Shown: positions 10,342 to 19,996, counted from the first letter of the stretch. The stretch: DNA of 64,000 nt from a bacterium (GCA_021781955.1 JAJXVV010000001.1:95519-159518); one strand, 5' to 3'. The notes: generated from the sequence alone by a model not told the origin. Numbers and translations: made by a program.

Positions 10342-11079
10342 TTACTGTTTCGGCCGAAAACGCCTCCCTGCGAGGAGTTCTTGCCCGATCATGAAAACAT
10401 TGCTCGTGACCCAATAGAGCGGCGCGGCCGCGGCAACGGTATAGCCGATGACTCCGATCATCGCGGGCAGGACGTAGCGAGCCTGAAGATCGAAGCTCCT
10501 CGCCATGTCCCCCGAGAGCGAGGCCTCCACCGGGGTCGATTCCGGAACTTTCTCGCGCGGCCCCATGGAGAGCCTCGTGTAGGTGAACTGCGTCGCCGCC
10601 GCAAGGAGCGCAAGGAGCGCGCTGCGCGCGCTCATGTCGATGAGCCCCAAGAAATGCATGTTTATAGACGCTGGCACGTGAACGAACGAATAGAGCAGAT
10701 TTGCGTGCACGTCGGGAAACCCACTCCGGTAAAAGACCCAGTAGAGCGCGATCAGAATGGGGAACTGTATGAGCACGAGGCCGAAGCTCGCGAACGGGTG
10801 TATGCCGCGCTCTTTATAGAGCGCAAAAACCGCCTGGCTTTGCTCCGGCGAGTTCTTCTTGTATTTTTTCTTCACTTCCTCGACCTCCGGCGCGATCTTC
10901 TTCATCGCCAATTGCGCTTCGACTGCCCGACGTGAAAGCGGGTAGAGAATGACGCGCACAACGACAGTGAGCGCTACCACCGCGAGCCCCATATCATGAT
11001 AGGGGAGGATGCCGACCAAAAAAACGAGCCCGTTGTAGAGCGGGTTGTAGATAAGCGTCGAAAACAAGGCCGAAAGCAT
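10342..11079 (-). CDS. yidC: Membrane protein insertase YidC/Oxa1
   Basis: TVVVRVILYPL, LYKERGIHP, LIQFPILIALY, LYWVTSN. Confidence 0.93.
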   Translation of the reverse strand: MLSALFSTLIYNPLYNGLVFLVGILPYHDMGLAVVALTVVVRVILYPLSRRAVEAQLAMKKIAPEVEEVKKKYKKNSPEQSQAVFALYKERGIHPFASFGLVLIQFPILIALYWVFYRSGFPDVHANLLYSFVHVPASINMHFLGLIDMSARSALLALLAAATQFTYTRLSMGPREKVPESTPVEASLSGDMARSFDLQARYVLPAMIGVIGYTVAAAAPLYWVTSNVFMIGQELLAGRRFRPKQ

Positions 11080-11085
11080 GCCGTG

Positions 11086-11439
11086 TTATTGTAGCGCGCT
11101 GTCACCCTTGGCGCCAACGACGCCGGACCGCTCGGCAAGCGACCGCAGATCTTCCTTGAGCGCCGCGAACGACGCATCAGCGGCGCTTCGCTTCGCATGG
11201 AAGATGAGTGCGATCGGCGCGCGGCTATTCTGCAGGAGCGGAGCGAGCACTGCGCGGGCTCGCCTCTTCACGAGATTACGCGAAACCGCTTTTGCGGAGG
11301 CCTTTTTTGATACAACGCATGCCCACTTAATGCCGTCCCCACATCGGGCGACCGAGAGAGAGAAGTGCGCACCATACACCCGTCTCAGCGGTTGCAGTGA
11401 CTTGAAATCATCGCTTGAGAGGCGTTGGGAATGTGCCAT
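11086..11439 (-). CDS. rnpA: RNase P protein subunit
   Basis: VVSKKASAKAVSRNLVKRRAR (RNR motif); between rpmH and yidC. Confidence 0.9.
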   Translation of the reverse strand: MAHSQRLSSDDFKSLQPLRRVYGAHFSLSVARCGDGIKWACVVSKKASAKAVSRNLVKRRARAVLAPLLQNSRAPIALIFHAKRSAADASFAALKEDLRSLAERSGVVGAKGDSALQ

Positions 11440-11441
11440 CG

Positions 11442-11576
11442 CTACACCGAGAGTTTCGCGCGGCCCTTGCGGCGGCGGCGCTGGAGCACGCGGCGCCCGG
11501 TGGGGGAAGCGCTACGCTTCAAAAAACCGTGCGTGCGGGCTCGCTTGCGTTTCTTTGGCTGCCACGTGCGTTTCAT
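11442..11576 (-). CDS. rpmH: 50S ribosomal protein L34 (not in ORF track)
   Basis: Manual translation [44 protein letters not shown]. Confidence 0.97.
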   Translation of the reverse strand: MKRTWQPKKRKRARTHGFLKRSASPTGRRVLQRRRRKGRAKLSV

Positions 11577-11633
11577 GCGCACAACTATACCTATTTTCCG
11601 CTCAGGCACAAGAGCGACTAATGCTCGCCGCCA

Positions 11634-11713
11634 ATCCCCACACTATCCACACCTTATACACTCACGCGGCATGCACTTCGAACACTTCCCTTGTATGGCG
11701 GCGCGCGTATAAT
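11634..11713. promoter_or_regulatory. DnaA-box-like sites and dnaA -10 box
   Basis: CTATCCACA 11643-11651, TTATACAC nearby, TATAAT 11708-11713. Confidence 0.6.
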
Positions 11714-11742
11714 GGGGAACTCCGTATGAATTTTCGCTCCGT

Positions 11743-13104
11743 ATGACGATGACGACGATGAGCAATAGAGAGTTGTGGCAGAACGCCCTCGTACAGATCG
11801 AGCTCGGCACTTCACAGGCTTCGTTCCGAACCTGGTTCAAGAACACCGACATCACGAGCCACAACGGCGGAACAGTGCAGATAGCCGTACCGTCGAAGAT
11901 CGTGAAGGAGTGGCTTATGGACAAACACCACAAGCTTATTTTGCGCGCGCTGCGCTCCCTCGACGACACTATCCGTACCGTCGAATACTCGGTCCACCGC
12001 ACCGCCATACCCACTGAGCGCAAACCGGTCCGCGAACCCATTCCCGAGAACGCGTCCCTCGACCTCGGTTCGCTCTATATAGATAAACGGGATAATCTGA
12101 ACCCGCGCTACACATTCGACACTTTCGTCGTCGGCCCTTTTAATGAGCTCGCGCATGCGGCGGCACAGGCGGTCCTTGAACGTCCCGGCCTTATGTACAA
12201 TCCGCTTTTCATTTATGGAGCGACGGGACGAGGCAAAACACACCTCATTCAGGCGATCGGCAACTACTTCAAGAAGACCCGCACCAACAAGAAGGTGCTC
12301 TACGTGACCTCCGAGCGGTTTTCCGTAGACTACATCAATGCGGTGCGCGCCGGACACGCAAACAACTTCAAGGATCAGTACCGCCAGTACGACGTGCTCA
12401 TCATGGATGATGTCCAATTCATCGCGAACACGGAAAAGACCCAGGAAGAACTCTTTCACCTCTTCAATGTGATGCGCGATAACAACAAACAGATCGTGTT
12501 CTCCTCCGATAAACACCCCGCGCTTCTTCCGGGGCTCGAGGAACGCCTTAAGGGACGCTTCGCCTCTGGTATGATCGCCGAAATACCGGAACCGGACCTT
12601 GAATCGCGCCTCTCGATCATTCGGGCGAAACTTGAAAGCCACGGCTTCTCGCTCCCGGAGGACATAATCACGTACATTGCCGAAAACTTACGCGGCAACA
12701 TCAGGGAGATCGAGGGCGTGCTTAATATGATCGTCTGTAAATCACAACTCAAAGGCCGCGGGGTCTCGCACGCCGACGTCCGCACCCTTATCAAACACAA
12801 CATCAAGCCGAACAGGGGGGTTTCGATTGATGAGGTAGTGCGTCGTATCGCGCAATACTACGAGATCGCAGAAAAGAGCATCTACGAAAAAACGAGAAAA
12901 AAGGAGGTGGTGAAGCCGCGCCAAATCATCATGTATATCCTGCGAGAGGAATTTAATGTGTCGTACCCGACGATCGGCGAGAAACTCGGAGGCAGAGACC
13001 ACACAACCGTCATCCACTCATGTGAAAAAATAAAAGAGGAAGTGAAATCAAACCCGTCGCTCGAACAAGAGCTTGATTATATCCGCACCATTATCCATGC
13101 ATAA
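11743..13104 (+). CDS. dnaA: Chromosomal replication initiator DnaA
   Basis: LNPRYTFDTFVVG, YNPLFIYGATGRGKTHL, DDVQF, GGRDHTTVIH. Confidence 0.98.
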   Translation: MTMTTMSNRELWQNALVQIELGTSQASFRTWFKNTDITSHNGGTVQIAVPSKIVKEWLMDKHHKLILRALRSLDDTIRTVEYSVHRTAIPTERKPVREPIPENASLDLGSLYIDKRDNLNPRYTFDTFVVGPFNELAHAAAQAVLERPGLMYNPLFIYGATGRGKTHLIQAIGNYFKKTRTNKKVLYVTSERFSVDYINAVRAGHANNFKDQYRQYDVLIMDDVQFIANTEKTQEELFHLFNVMRDNNKQIVFSSDKHPALLPGLEERLKGRFASGMIAEIPEPDLESRLSIIRAKLESHGFSLPEDIITYIAENLRGNIREIEGVLNMIVCKSQLKGRGVSHADVRTLIKHNIKPNRGVSIDEVVRRIAQYYEIAEKSIYEKTRKKEVVKPRQIIMYILREEFNVSYPTIGEKLGGRDHTTVIHSCEKIKEEVKSNPSLEQELDYIRTIIHA

Positions 13105-13325
13105 GATGTGGATACTCACTTAGTAGAATGTGAGTATGTGTATCAATAAAACAACCGAACCAGCAAAAAAATCACTGTCCACACACTCGCCAATACTTCA
13201 TCAAGAACATTTCCACACACACCACCCGCAAAAAAAACATCATTCTTCAACCTAAAATCAACTTCTCCACACTATCAACACCCCTAATAGTAATAATAGG
13301 ATTTTTAATAAAAAAGATATCCACT
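13105..13325. other. Replication origin oriC with DnaA boxes and DnaA-trios
   Basis: AT-rich dnaA-dnaN spacer; TGTGGATAC, TGTCCACA, TTTCCACA, TTCTCCACA (13263-71) + CTATCAACA (13272-80), CCCC, TAATAGTAATAATAG (13285-99). Confidence 0.85.
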
Positions 13326-14423
13326 ATGAAGATGAAGATCCGGGTTGAAAAACTCCTTGGTGCGGTACTCCTCGCGGAGCGAGTGGTGGGCAAGAAGGAA
13401 TCACTTCCAATACTTTCCTGTATTCTCATCGAGGCACGTAAAAATAATGTTCGCGTGAAAGCGACGAATCTTGAGTCCGGTTTAGAGATCGTTATACCGG
13501 GAGATGTTGGTGTGGATGGTGTGGTGGCGGTACCGGCCGCTATCTTATCGCAAACACTCAGGTCTATTTCTGGGGAGATGGTCGAGTGCTCGGTTGAAGA
13601 GGGGAATCTCGCGATAAACACAAAAAAAACAAAAACCCTCATAAAGGCGGTACCTCACGACGAGTTCCCATTACTCCTAAAAACAACAGAAGAAGGTGGT
13701 GTTAGTATTCCCAAACAAGAGCTAATCAAAATCATACAGTCGGTTTCCTACGCGGCATCCCCATCCATGGTTCGGCCAGAGCTCGGCAGCATCTTCATTT
13801 CCATGAATGCGAGCTCGATGCTCTCGGTCGCGACCGATTCGTTCCGGTTGGCTGAAAAGGCCATTCCCATGCATGGGAAGGGTTCGGTCGAACTTTTGAT
13901 ACCACTTAAACATGCCCAGGAGCTTGCGCGTATACTCGAATATGTCGTTGCGGAGACGGTATCCATGTTCGCAGGGGATTCACAGGTGGTGGTGCGCGCC
14001 GATGGTGTGTCATACGTCTCCCGTGTTATTGAGGGTAATTTCCCAAACTACAAAGAGATCCTACCGAAGAGTTTCATGACGGAAGCCACACTCCTTAAGG
14101 GTGAATTCGCGGACATGCTGCGTAAGGCGCGGGTGTTCGCTGGGTCCGATCAACACGTCGGGCTTCATGTGTACCCAAAACGGAAGGTTTTTAGCGCGAC
14201 CGCACACAATACTGAGGTTGGTGAGATGTCGGACGTGATCGATGCCGCGCTCACGGGTGAGGATATCGATATTAATTTCCACATAGGCTATCTTGGCGAC
14301 TGTCTCGCTTCGATCGAGGCTGACTCCATCACCCTCGGCTTCTCCGGCGCGGGGAAACCTCTCGTGATGCGAGGCGCGTCGGACGCATCGTTCACCTACC
14401 TGGTGATGCCGCTCAATCGGTAA
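13326..14423 (+). CDS. dnaN: DNA polymerase III beta clamp
   Basis: LPILSCILI, ATNLE, VATDSFRLAE, SRVIEGNFPNY, YLVMP. Confidence 0.97.
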   Translation: MKMKIRVEKLLGAVLLAERVVGKKESLPILSCILIEARKNNVRVKATNLESGLEIVIPGDVGVDGVVAVPAAILSQTLRSISGEMVECSVEEGNLAINTKKTKTLIKAVPHDEFPLLLKTTEEGGVSIPKQELIKIIQSVSYAASPSMVRPELGSIFISMNASSMLSVATDSFRLAEKAIPMHGKGSVELLIPLKHAQELARILEYVVAETVSMFAGDSQVVVRADGVSYVSRVIEGNFPNYKEILPKSFMTEATLLKGEFADMLRKARVFAGSDQHVGLHVYPKRKVFSATAHNTEVGEMSDVIDAALTGEDIDINFHIGYLGDCLASIEADSITLGFSGAGKPLVMRGASDASFTYLVMPLNR

Positions 14424-16874
14424 TTATTGGACCGCGAAGGTCACACTAGCGACACTTGTTGAGCCATCAGGATGGAAACCGACCGCGCGCAAGGTCATGG
14501 CGCCCGGTGATCGAGGTGTGAAAGGAATTTCATAGGGTGAAGCGGTGGAGCCGATGAGCGACCCGTTCAGGTAGTAGGAGATGGTAGTGATAGGCGCATT
14601 CGATGTTTGGGTCGATTTGAGGATGATGGTCGTCCCAATCGGGATGATGGCGCCCGCTTGCGGCGAAGTAATATGAATATCTGGTTGCGCGACTGGCGCT
14701 TGAGTGGGCGACGCGGATTGCGAGGGGGTGTTGATTGGTGAGTTGAGCCCGGCTCCCGTGGTCAGGCCAGGGTTCTCCTCCGCCCAGAGTTTCACGGGGT
14801 ATTCCCAGTAAGTGAACTGCGGATCGCTCTCAGGGTTGGTTGGTTGGCCGCCGAGCGGGTTATTTTTGTTGATCCAGTAGAGGATGCTGTGCACGCCTTG
14901 CGCGGGGTCGGTGTTCCAGTTCCCGGTCAAGACCGGCGGCAGGGAAGCGAGGTTGGGGTTTGGCGCGGGAGGCGGGAAGGTATCGGTAGGGGAGGAATAT
15001 TTCTGGAGCGCCTGCATCATGAAGTCGTGCCACATCGGCGCGATGATGAACGCGGAGATCTTCTTCGCCATCGGCGTGTTGTCATTGTTGCCGGCCCACG
15101 CACCAACCGCGATTGATGGCGTATAGCCTAAGACCCACACGTCGCGGAAGTCGTTGGTCGTTCCGGTTTTATCAGCAACGTCGTAGCCATCGAACTGGAG
15201 CGGGCTCTCCAGTCCGAAATCAGGCTCGCGCGCGGTGTTATCGGAGAGCATGTCATTGATCTGCCGCGCGATTTGCCGATCGAGTACCTGCTGGGGCTGT
15301 TGTTGGTAGCTCTCGAGCACCTTGCCGGTATTATCGGTCACCTGAAGAACGCCGGTCGGCGGATTCTTCACGCCGTCGTTGGCGAACACGGCATAGGCGC
15401 CGGTCATCTCGAGAAGGTTTACCTCGCCGCCGCCTAAAACGAGCGTGAGGCCGTATTTGCTCGGGTCGCCGAGGGTGGTGATGCCGAGTGATTGCGCGGT
15501 CGCGAGCGAATCGTTGATGCCGGCCAGGTAAAGCACTTTGACGGCCGGGACATTCTCCGATTGCGCGAGCGCGTCGCGGAAGCTCATTGGCCCCTTGAAC
15601 TTGCCGTTAAAATTGACGGGCGCGTAACAGGGCGGCGTACTGTTTGTCGTATCTTGCGGAGAACAGGCGGTGGAGAATTGGGTCGGCAGGTCGAAGACGA
15701 CCGTGTCCGGCGTGTAGCCTTTCTCGAGGGCGGTCGCGTACACGAACGGCTTGAACGACGAGCCCGGTTGCCGCAACGCAAGCGTCACATTAACCTGTCC
15801 ATCGATCGCGTTGTTGAAGTAGTCGCGCGATCCGACCATCGCGAGGATCTGACCGGTCTTCGGGTCGATGGCGACAATGCCCTCATTGCTCGCATTGAAA
15901 TCTTGCTGCATTTTATCGCCCCACTTCGCGACTGTCGCTTCCGCTTTCTGCTGGAGATCGTAGTCGAGTGTCGTGATGACGCGCAGTCCTCCGTTTTCGA
16001 CCGCATCGGTCCCATACTTTTGTTCGAGATAGTCGAGGACGTAAAAGACGAAGTGCGGGGCTTTGATCCCGGCATTACTCGGCGGCTTGAACTGCACTTG
16101 CTCGCCGATGGCCTGGTTGTACTCGTCCTGCGTGATGAAACCGAGGTCTTTCATGCGACCCAGAATGTAGTTCTTGCGCGCGTCGAGATCGGATCTATGG
16201 TTACCGTAGGGTGAATAGTAGGTAGGTGCCTGCGGCAGCGCGGCAATGTAGGCGGATTGCGCGAGATCGAGATCCTTGGCATCGACCCCGAAAAAGGCTT
16301 GGCTCGCCTCCTGTACGCCGTAGATAGTGCCGCCGTACGGCGTTTCATTAAGGTAGGCATTGAGGATGTCGTTCTTCGAATACGTTTGCGTGAGGCGGAG
16401 CGCGAGGATGATCTCCTCTATCTTGCGGGGGATAGTTTTGTCCTGCGTCAAGAGCGCGTTCTTTACGACTTGCTGCGTGATGGTCGAACCACCTTGCGCA
16501 TAGGAGTGTGTAAAGAGATCGATGAATGCCGCGCGCAAAAAGGAAAGCGGACGGAAACCGGCATTGGTATAGAAGGTGTCGTCCTCGGTCGCGATGGTCG
16601 CCTCCTGAACGTAGGAGCTTATCTCGTTGAGCGGGACCGAGGTGCGCCGTACGCTGCCGCTCATGTCGTAAAGAACGATGTTGCCGGTGCGATCGTAGAT
16701 CTTGGTCGATTGTGCGACCTGGCGGTTCTCGAAGTTGTTGATGGCCGGTATCGGCGTGAATGTCGCCCAGAGCACGGTTGCCCCGAGAATGAGGAAGACG
16801 ATCGCTCCAATCACGAGCAAGCTGACCTCAAGCCACGCGGGGACCCTGCGCCGCATTTTTCGCAGCGATTTCAT
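14424..16874 (-). CDS. Class A penicillin-binding protein with C-terminal Ig-like domain
   Basis: ED..FY, GGSTITQQVVKN, RKIEE, RQPGSSFKPF, SEN, KTGT. Confidence 0.93.
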   Translation of the reverse strand: MKSLRKMRRRVPAWLEVSLLVIGAIVFLILGATVLWATFTPIPAINNFENRQVAQSTKIYDRTGNIVLYDMSGSVRRTSVPLNEISSYVQEATIATEDDTFYTNAGFRPLSFLRAAFIDLFTHSYAQGGSTITQQVVKNALLTQDKTIPRKIEEIILALRLTQTYSKNDILNAYLNETPYGGTIYGVQEASQAFFGVDAKDLDLAQSAYIAALPQAPTYYSPYGNHRSDLDARKNYILGRMKDLGFITQDEYNQAIGEQVQFKPPSNAGIKAPHFVFYVLDYLEQKYGTDAVENGGLRVITTLDYDLQQKAEATVAKWGDKMQQDFNASNEGIVAIDPKTGQILAMVGSRDYFNNAIDGQVNVTLALRQPGSSFKPFVYATALEKGYTPDTVVFDLPTQFSTACSPQDTTNSTPPCYAPVNFNGKFKGPMSFRDALAQSENVPAVKVLYLAGINDSLATAQSLGITTLGDPSKYGLTLVLGGGEVNLLEMTGAYAVFANDGVKNPPTGVLQVTDNTGKVLESYQQQPQQVLDRQIARQINDMLSDNTAREPDFGLESPLQFDGYDVADKTGTTNDFRDVWVLGYTPSIAVGAWAGNNDNTPMAKKISAFIIAPMWHDFMMQALQKYSSPTDTFPPPAPNPNLASLPPVLTGNWNTDPAQGVHSILYWINKNNPLGGQPTNPESDPQFTYWEYPVKLWAEENPGLTTGAGLNSPINTPSQSASPTQAPVAQPDIHITSPQAGAIIPIGTTIILKSTQTSNAPITTISYYLNGSLIGSTASPYEIPFTPRSPGAMTLRAVGFHPDGSTSVASVTFAVQ

Positions 16875-16910
16875 GTTGAATCGCAGTATAGCGCTTCTCT
16901 CGGCTTTCTC

Positions 16911-17381
16911 CTACCGCTCATACGCGAGACATGTCACGCCGACCGCGATCGCGTCGTACTCGTCGTCGAGCATGCCGCGTTTCTCAATGCTCAATAGCGC
17001 ATGCAGCATTTTGGCGACCGCACGCTTATCGGCCGAGCCGAAGCCGGCTGCGGCGCTTTTGATCTGTCCAGGCGTGTATTCGAACACCGGGAGATTCGCC
17101 TGCGCGGCGACGTTCAAGAGCGCGCCGCGCACCTCGGCGACGCGCATCGCGGTCTTTTGATTCTTTTGGAAAAAGAGACGTTCCATCGCGAGCGCGTTCG
17201 GCCCATATGTCTCAATGAGCCGCACGCACGCGTCGGTGACGGCCGCGAGGCGCTCCGGAAAGTCGTCTTTCGCGGATGTTTCGATGCAATCAGAATGCAC
17301 GAGCCTATCCCTGCCGTTCGTTTTCTCGACCACCGCCACCCCGCAGCGGCCGTATCCAGGATCGATCGCGAGCACTTTCAT
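16911..17381 (-). CDS. ruvC: Holliday junction resolvase RuvC
   Basis: MKVLAIDPG, AMERLFF, EYTPGQIK, DDEYDAIAV; start chosen from upstream TACAAT. Confidence 0.95.
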   Translation of the reverse strand: MKVLAIDPGYGRCGVAVVEKTNGRDRLVHSDCIETSAKDDFPERLAAVTDACVRLIETYGPNALAMERLFFQKNQKTAMRVAEVRGALLNVAAQANLPVFEYTPGQIKSAAAGFGSADKRAVAKMLHALLSIEKRGMLDDEYDAIAVGVTCLAYER

Positions 17382-17400
17382 GCTCGGCATTGTACCGCGC

Positions 17401-17931
17401 TCATTCCGCGTTCGCGTGAACGCTCTCGACGTCGTCGTGGTCGTCGATTTTCTGCAAGATCTGCATGAGTTTGTCGTTGTCGTCGCTCGAAAGCGGTACG
17501 GTGGTTTTGGCCTCCCATCCCTCCGCCGTTTTTTCGAATGCCCAGAGCGCCGAGCCGGGGGAGGCGAGCGAAAGCCCCTGCTCGGAGAGCAGGTGTTTGA
17601 TCTCCTGCGCGGTTCGATTTCGGCTGTCGGTCAACGCCTCGATAATGATGGCGGAGCCGCCGGGACCATAGGTTTCGTAGGTGACGGCCTCGAGCGCTGC
17701 CGCATCGGCCGCGATGCCTTTGGCGACCGCGCGCTCGATCGTGTCTTTGGGCATGTTCGCTTTCTTCGCCGTCTCAATGACGGTTCGAAGCGTTGGCGAG
17801 TTGACGTCGCCGCCAGCTTTTTTGCTCTCGACCGAGATGCGCTTGCCGAGCTTGCCCCAGAGGTTGCTTTTGGCGGCATCCGCCGCGCCTTTCTGCCGCT
17901 TTATTTGTGCCCACTTATTATGACCTGACAT
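17401..17931 (-). CDS. yebC: YebC/PmpR family protein, shortened
   Basis: MSGHNKWAQIKRQK, NMPKDTIERA, YETYGPGG, TDSRNRT, DHDDVESV. Confidence 0.92.
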   Translation of the reverse strand: MSGHNKWAQIKRQKGAADAAKSNLWGKLGKRISVESKKAGGDVNSPTLRTVIETAKKANMPKDTIERAVAKGIAADAAALEAVTYETYGPGGSAIIIEALTDSRNRTAQEIKHLLSEQGLSLASPGSALWAFEKTAEGWEAKTTVPLSSDDNDKLMQILQKIDDHDDVESVHANAE

Positions 17932-18005
17932 AATCCATCTGCGTGCTTAGCCTCCAGGGTATAGGGAATAAGAAAATAATGCAAAGACACAGATTCGCGC
18001 ACAAG

Positions 18006-18026
18006 TTATCCACATAGGTATCCACC
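18006..18026. promoter_or_regulatory. DnaA box(es) outside oriC
   Basis: Perfect TTATCCACA 18006-18014 followed by GTATCCACC. Confidence 0.55.
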
Positions 18027-18104
18027 GTTATTCGCACGAGAAATCCACGGTTTCGCTGCCCGACGAGCACGCGGCGTTCATGAGGAATGCCGTACCATCA
18101 AGGG

Positions 18105-18340
18105 TCTGATGCGCCTTACCGTGCGTCAGCATCGCCAGCGAATCGCGCGCAAGCGCGAGGAGGAAGCGGTCGCTCCGTGAGTCTGTCCCGACGAATGTCG
18201 GGAGACACTGCGGGAGCAGTCGGCCAGAAGTGGTGGGATTGGTGCGGGAGCGAGGCCACATGCATCGCTTTCGGGCTCGCGCGTAGAGATCGTATCGAAG
18301 CGCGCGACCGCGCCTGCCGTAGATCCAAAATGGCCGAAAC
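18105..18340 (+). ncRNA. Structured, pseudoknotted ncRNA candidate (RNase P RNA-like motif order)
   Basis: TACCAT 18093-98; hairpins with G-U pairs and a GCAA tetraloop; crossing helices 18166-73/18304-11 and 18220-26/18331-37; followed by terminator. Confidence 0.55.
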
Positions 18341-18372
18341 GAAAACGCCTCCCTTTTGGGGAGGCGTTTTCG
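18340..18372. terminator. Intrinsic terminator-like hairpin, bidirectional form
   Basis: CGAAAACGCCTCCC-TTTT-GGGGAGGCGTTTTCG. Confidence 0.8.
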
Positions 18373-18477
18373 ATACCGTGCGCTACGCGTATTCTTGCAC
18401 AACAAATCGCACACAAGCGCGTTATCCCCATGTTGCTATACTGCGGGGGAGGGGTCGTTAATAGATCACCTTCATGT

Positions 18478-18924
18478 ATGAAGTCGTTCATTAATCGCAC
18501 GAGCAGATACTTTAAAAATCATCATGTCGGTCTGTTGCTCATCCGCGTCGGCACCGGCCTGGTCTTTTTCATGCACGGCTGGAGCAAGGTCAGCAACATT
18601 CCCGGCGTCGAGGGCATGTTCCTCCACATGGGCTTAGGCGCGGGCACGGGCATCTTCATCGCGTGGCTCGAAGTGATTGGCGGGCTCGCGCTCATCCTGG
18701 GCATCGCGACGCGCTTCTTCGCCGCCGCTTTCGCAATCGAAATGCTGGTCGCCATTTTCGTGACCGGCGGCATCGGCGCCGGCTACCATCCGCACGAACT
18801 CGAACTCTACCTCATGCTCGTCTCGGGCGGCATCGCGCTTTCAGGCAGCGGCCGCTACGCGCTCTTCTCCCTCGAGTGCGCCGAATGCGGCGGCTGGTTG
18901 TGCGAGGATCATTATAAGAAATGA
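18478..18924 (+). CDS. DoxX family membrane protein
   Basis: GLLLIRVGTGLVFFMHGWSK, LEVIGGLALILG, GSGRYAL; C-terminal CxxC. Confidence 0.88.
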   Translation: MKSFINRTSRYFKNHHVGLLLIRVGTGLVFFMHGWSKVSNIPGVEGMFLHMGLGAGTGIFIAWLEVIGGLALILGIATRFFAAAFAIEMLVAIFVTGGIGAGYHPHELELYLMLVSGGIALSGSGRYALFSLECAECGGWLCEDHYKK

Positions 18925-18931
18925 CCAAAAA

Positions 18932-19945
18932 TCATAAAAGCTTTTCCTGCGTGTGGGGCAGGTCAGCGCCGATGTGAGAATGGCCTTTTTTCGTGACGGC
19001 GCGGCCGCGGGGGGTGCGCTCCAAGAGCCCGATCTGCATGAGATAGGGCTCGTTCACCTCTTCGATGGTCGCTTCTTCTTCCGAAAGAGCTGCCGCGATG
19101 GTCTTGAGCCCCACCGGGCCGCCGCCGAATTTTTCCACGACCACCGTGAGGATGTCGCGATCGGTTTGATTGAGGCCGAGTTCATCTATCTCCAAAAGCG
19201 CGAGCGCCTTTTTCACGGTCTTGAGGTCGAGCTGTTCGTCGTTCACGTCGGCGAAGTCGCGCGCGCGCTTCAGTAAGTAGTTGGCGGTGCGCGGCGTGGC
19301 GCGCGAGCGGCGCGCTATTTCCATGAGCGTCGCGCCGTCGACGGCTATTCCTAGAATGTCGGCGGAACGTTTGAGTATTTCCGCTATCTCCTCGTCGGTG
19401 TAGTAGTTGAGGCGGAACGTGCCGCCCGAAAAACGCGAGCGCAGCGGCGCGGAAAGCATCGAAATGCGCGTCGTGGCGGCGATCAGCGTGAAGGGCGGCA
19501 GTTCAAGCTGCACCGTGCGCGCGGCAGGGCCTTTGCCGATGACTATGTCGAGCACGCCCGCCTCCATCGCCGGGTAGAGCACCTCTTCGATGGTGCGGTT
19601 GAGGCGATGGATCTCATCGATGAAGAGCACGTCGCCGGGCGAGAGGTTGGTGAGGATGCTCGCGAGGTCGCCGACGCGCTCGATGGCGGGGCCGGAGGTC
19701 GAGCGCATGGAGGCCCCGATCTCTTTAGTCATCAAATTCGCGAGTGTCGTCTTGCCCAGGCCAGGCGGGCCGTACAAAAGCACGTGCTCGGGCTGGTGAT
19801 TGCGGCCTTTGGCGGCCGTGAGGAGGATGCGGAGATTCTCTTTGATGCCGGTTTGGCCGACGTACTCGCGCCAGTCGGCAGGACGCAGCGCTGCGTCGAG
19901 CGAACGAGGCGTTTTTTCTATATGTTTTTGATCTTTGTTGGTCAT
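18932..19945 (-). CDS. ruvB: Holliday junction branch migration ATPase RuvB
   Basis: LRP..W.EYVGQ, GPPGLGKTT, FIDEIHRL, LRSRF, RTPRGR. Confidence 0.97.
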   Translation of the reverse strand: MTNKDQKHIEKTPRSLDAALRPADWREYVGQTGIKENLRILLTAAKGRNHQPEHVLLYGPPGLGKTTLANLMTKEIGASMRSTSGPAIERVGDLASILTNLSPGDVLFIDEIHRLNRTIEEVLYPAMEAGVLDIVIGKGPAARTVQLELPPFTLIAATTRISMLSAPLRSRFSGGTFRLNYYTDEEIAEILKRSADILGIAVDGATLMEIARRSRATPRTANYLLKRARDFADVNDEQLDLKTVKKALALLEIDELGLNQTDRDILTVVVEKFGGGPVGLKTIAAALSEEEATIEEVNEPYLMQIGLLERTPRGRAVTKKGHSHIGADLPHTQEKLL

Positions 19946-19996
19946 ACGAGGCTCGGCGGCTGCCAAGAATGGAGGCGCGAAGGCTCAGAAAATGGC

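Noticed and set aside
13100-14423. Lower-GC stretch as a horizontally acquired island
   Set aside because: It is oriC plus core dnaN in canonical synteny
18028-18500. Several 70-128 aa ORFs in the yebC-DoxX gap
   Set aside because: Not protein-like; most run through a terminator hairpin; RNA structure explains the region better
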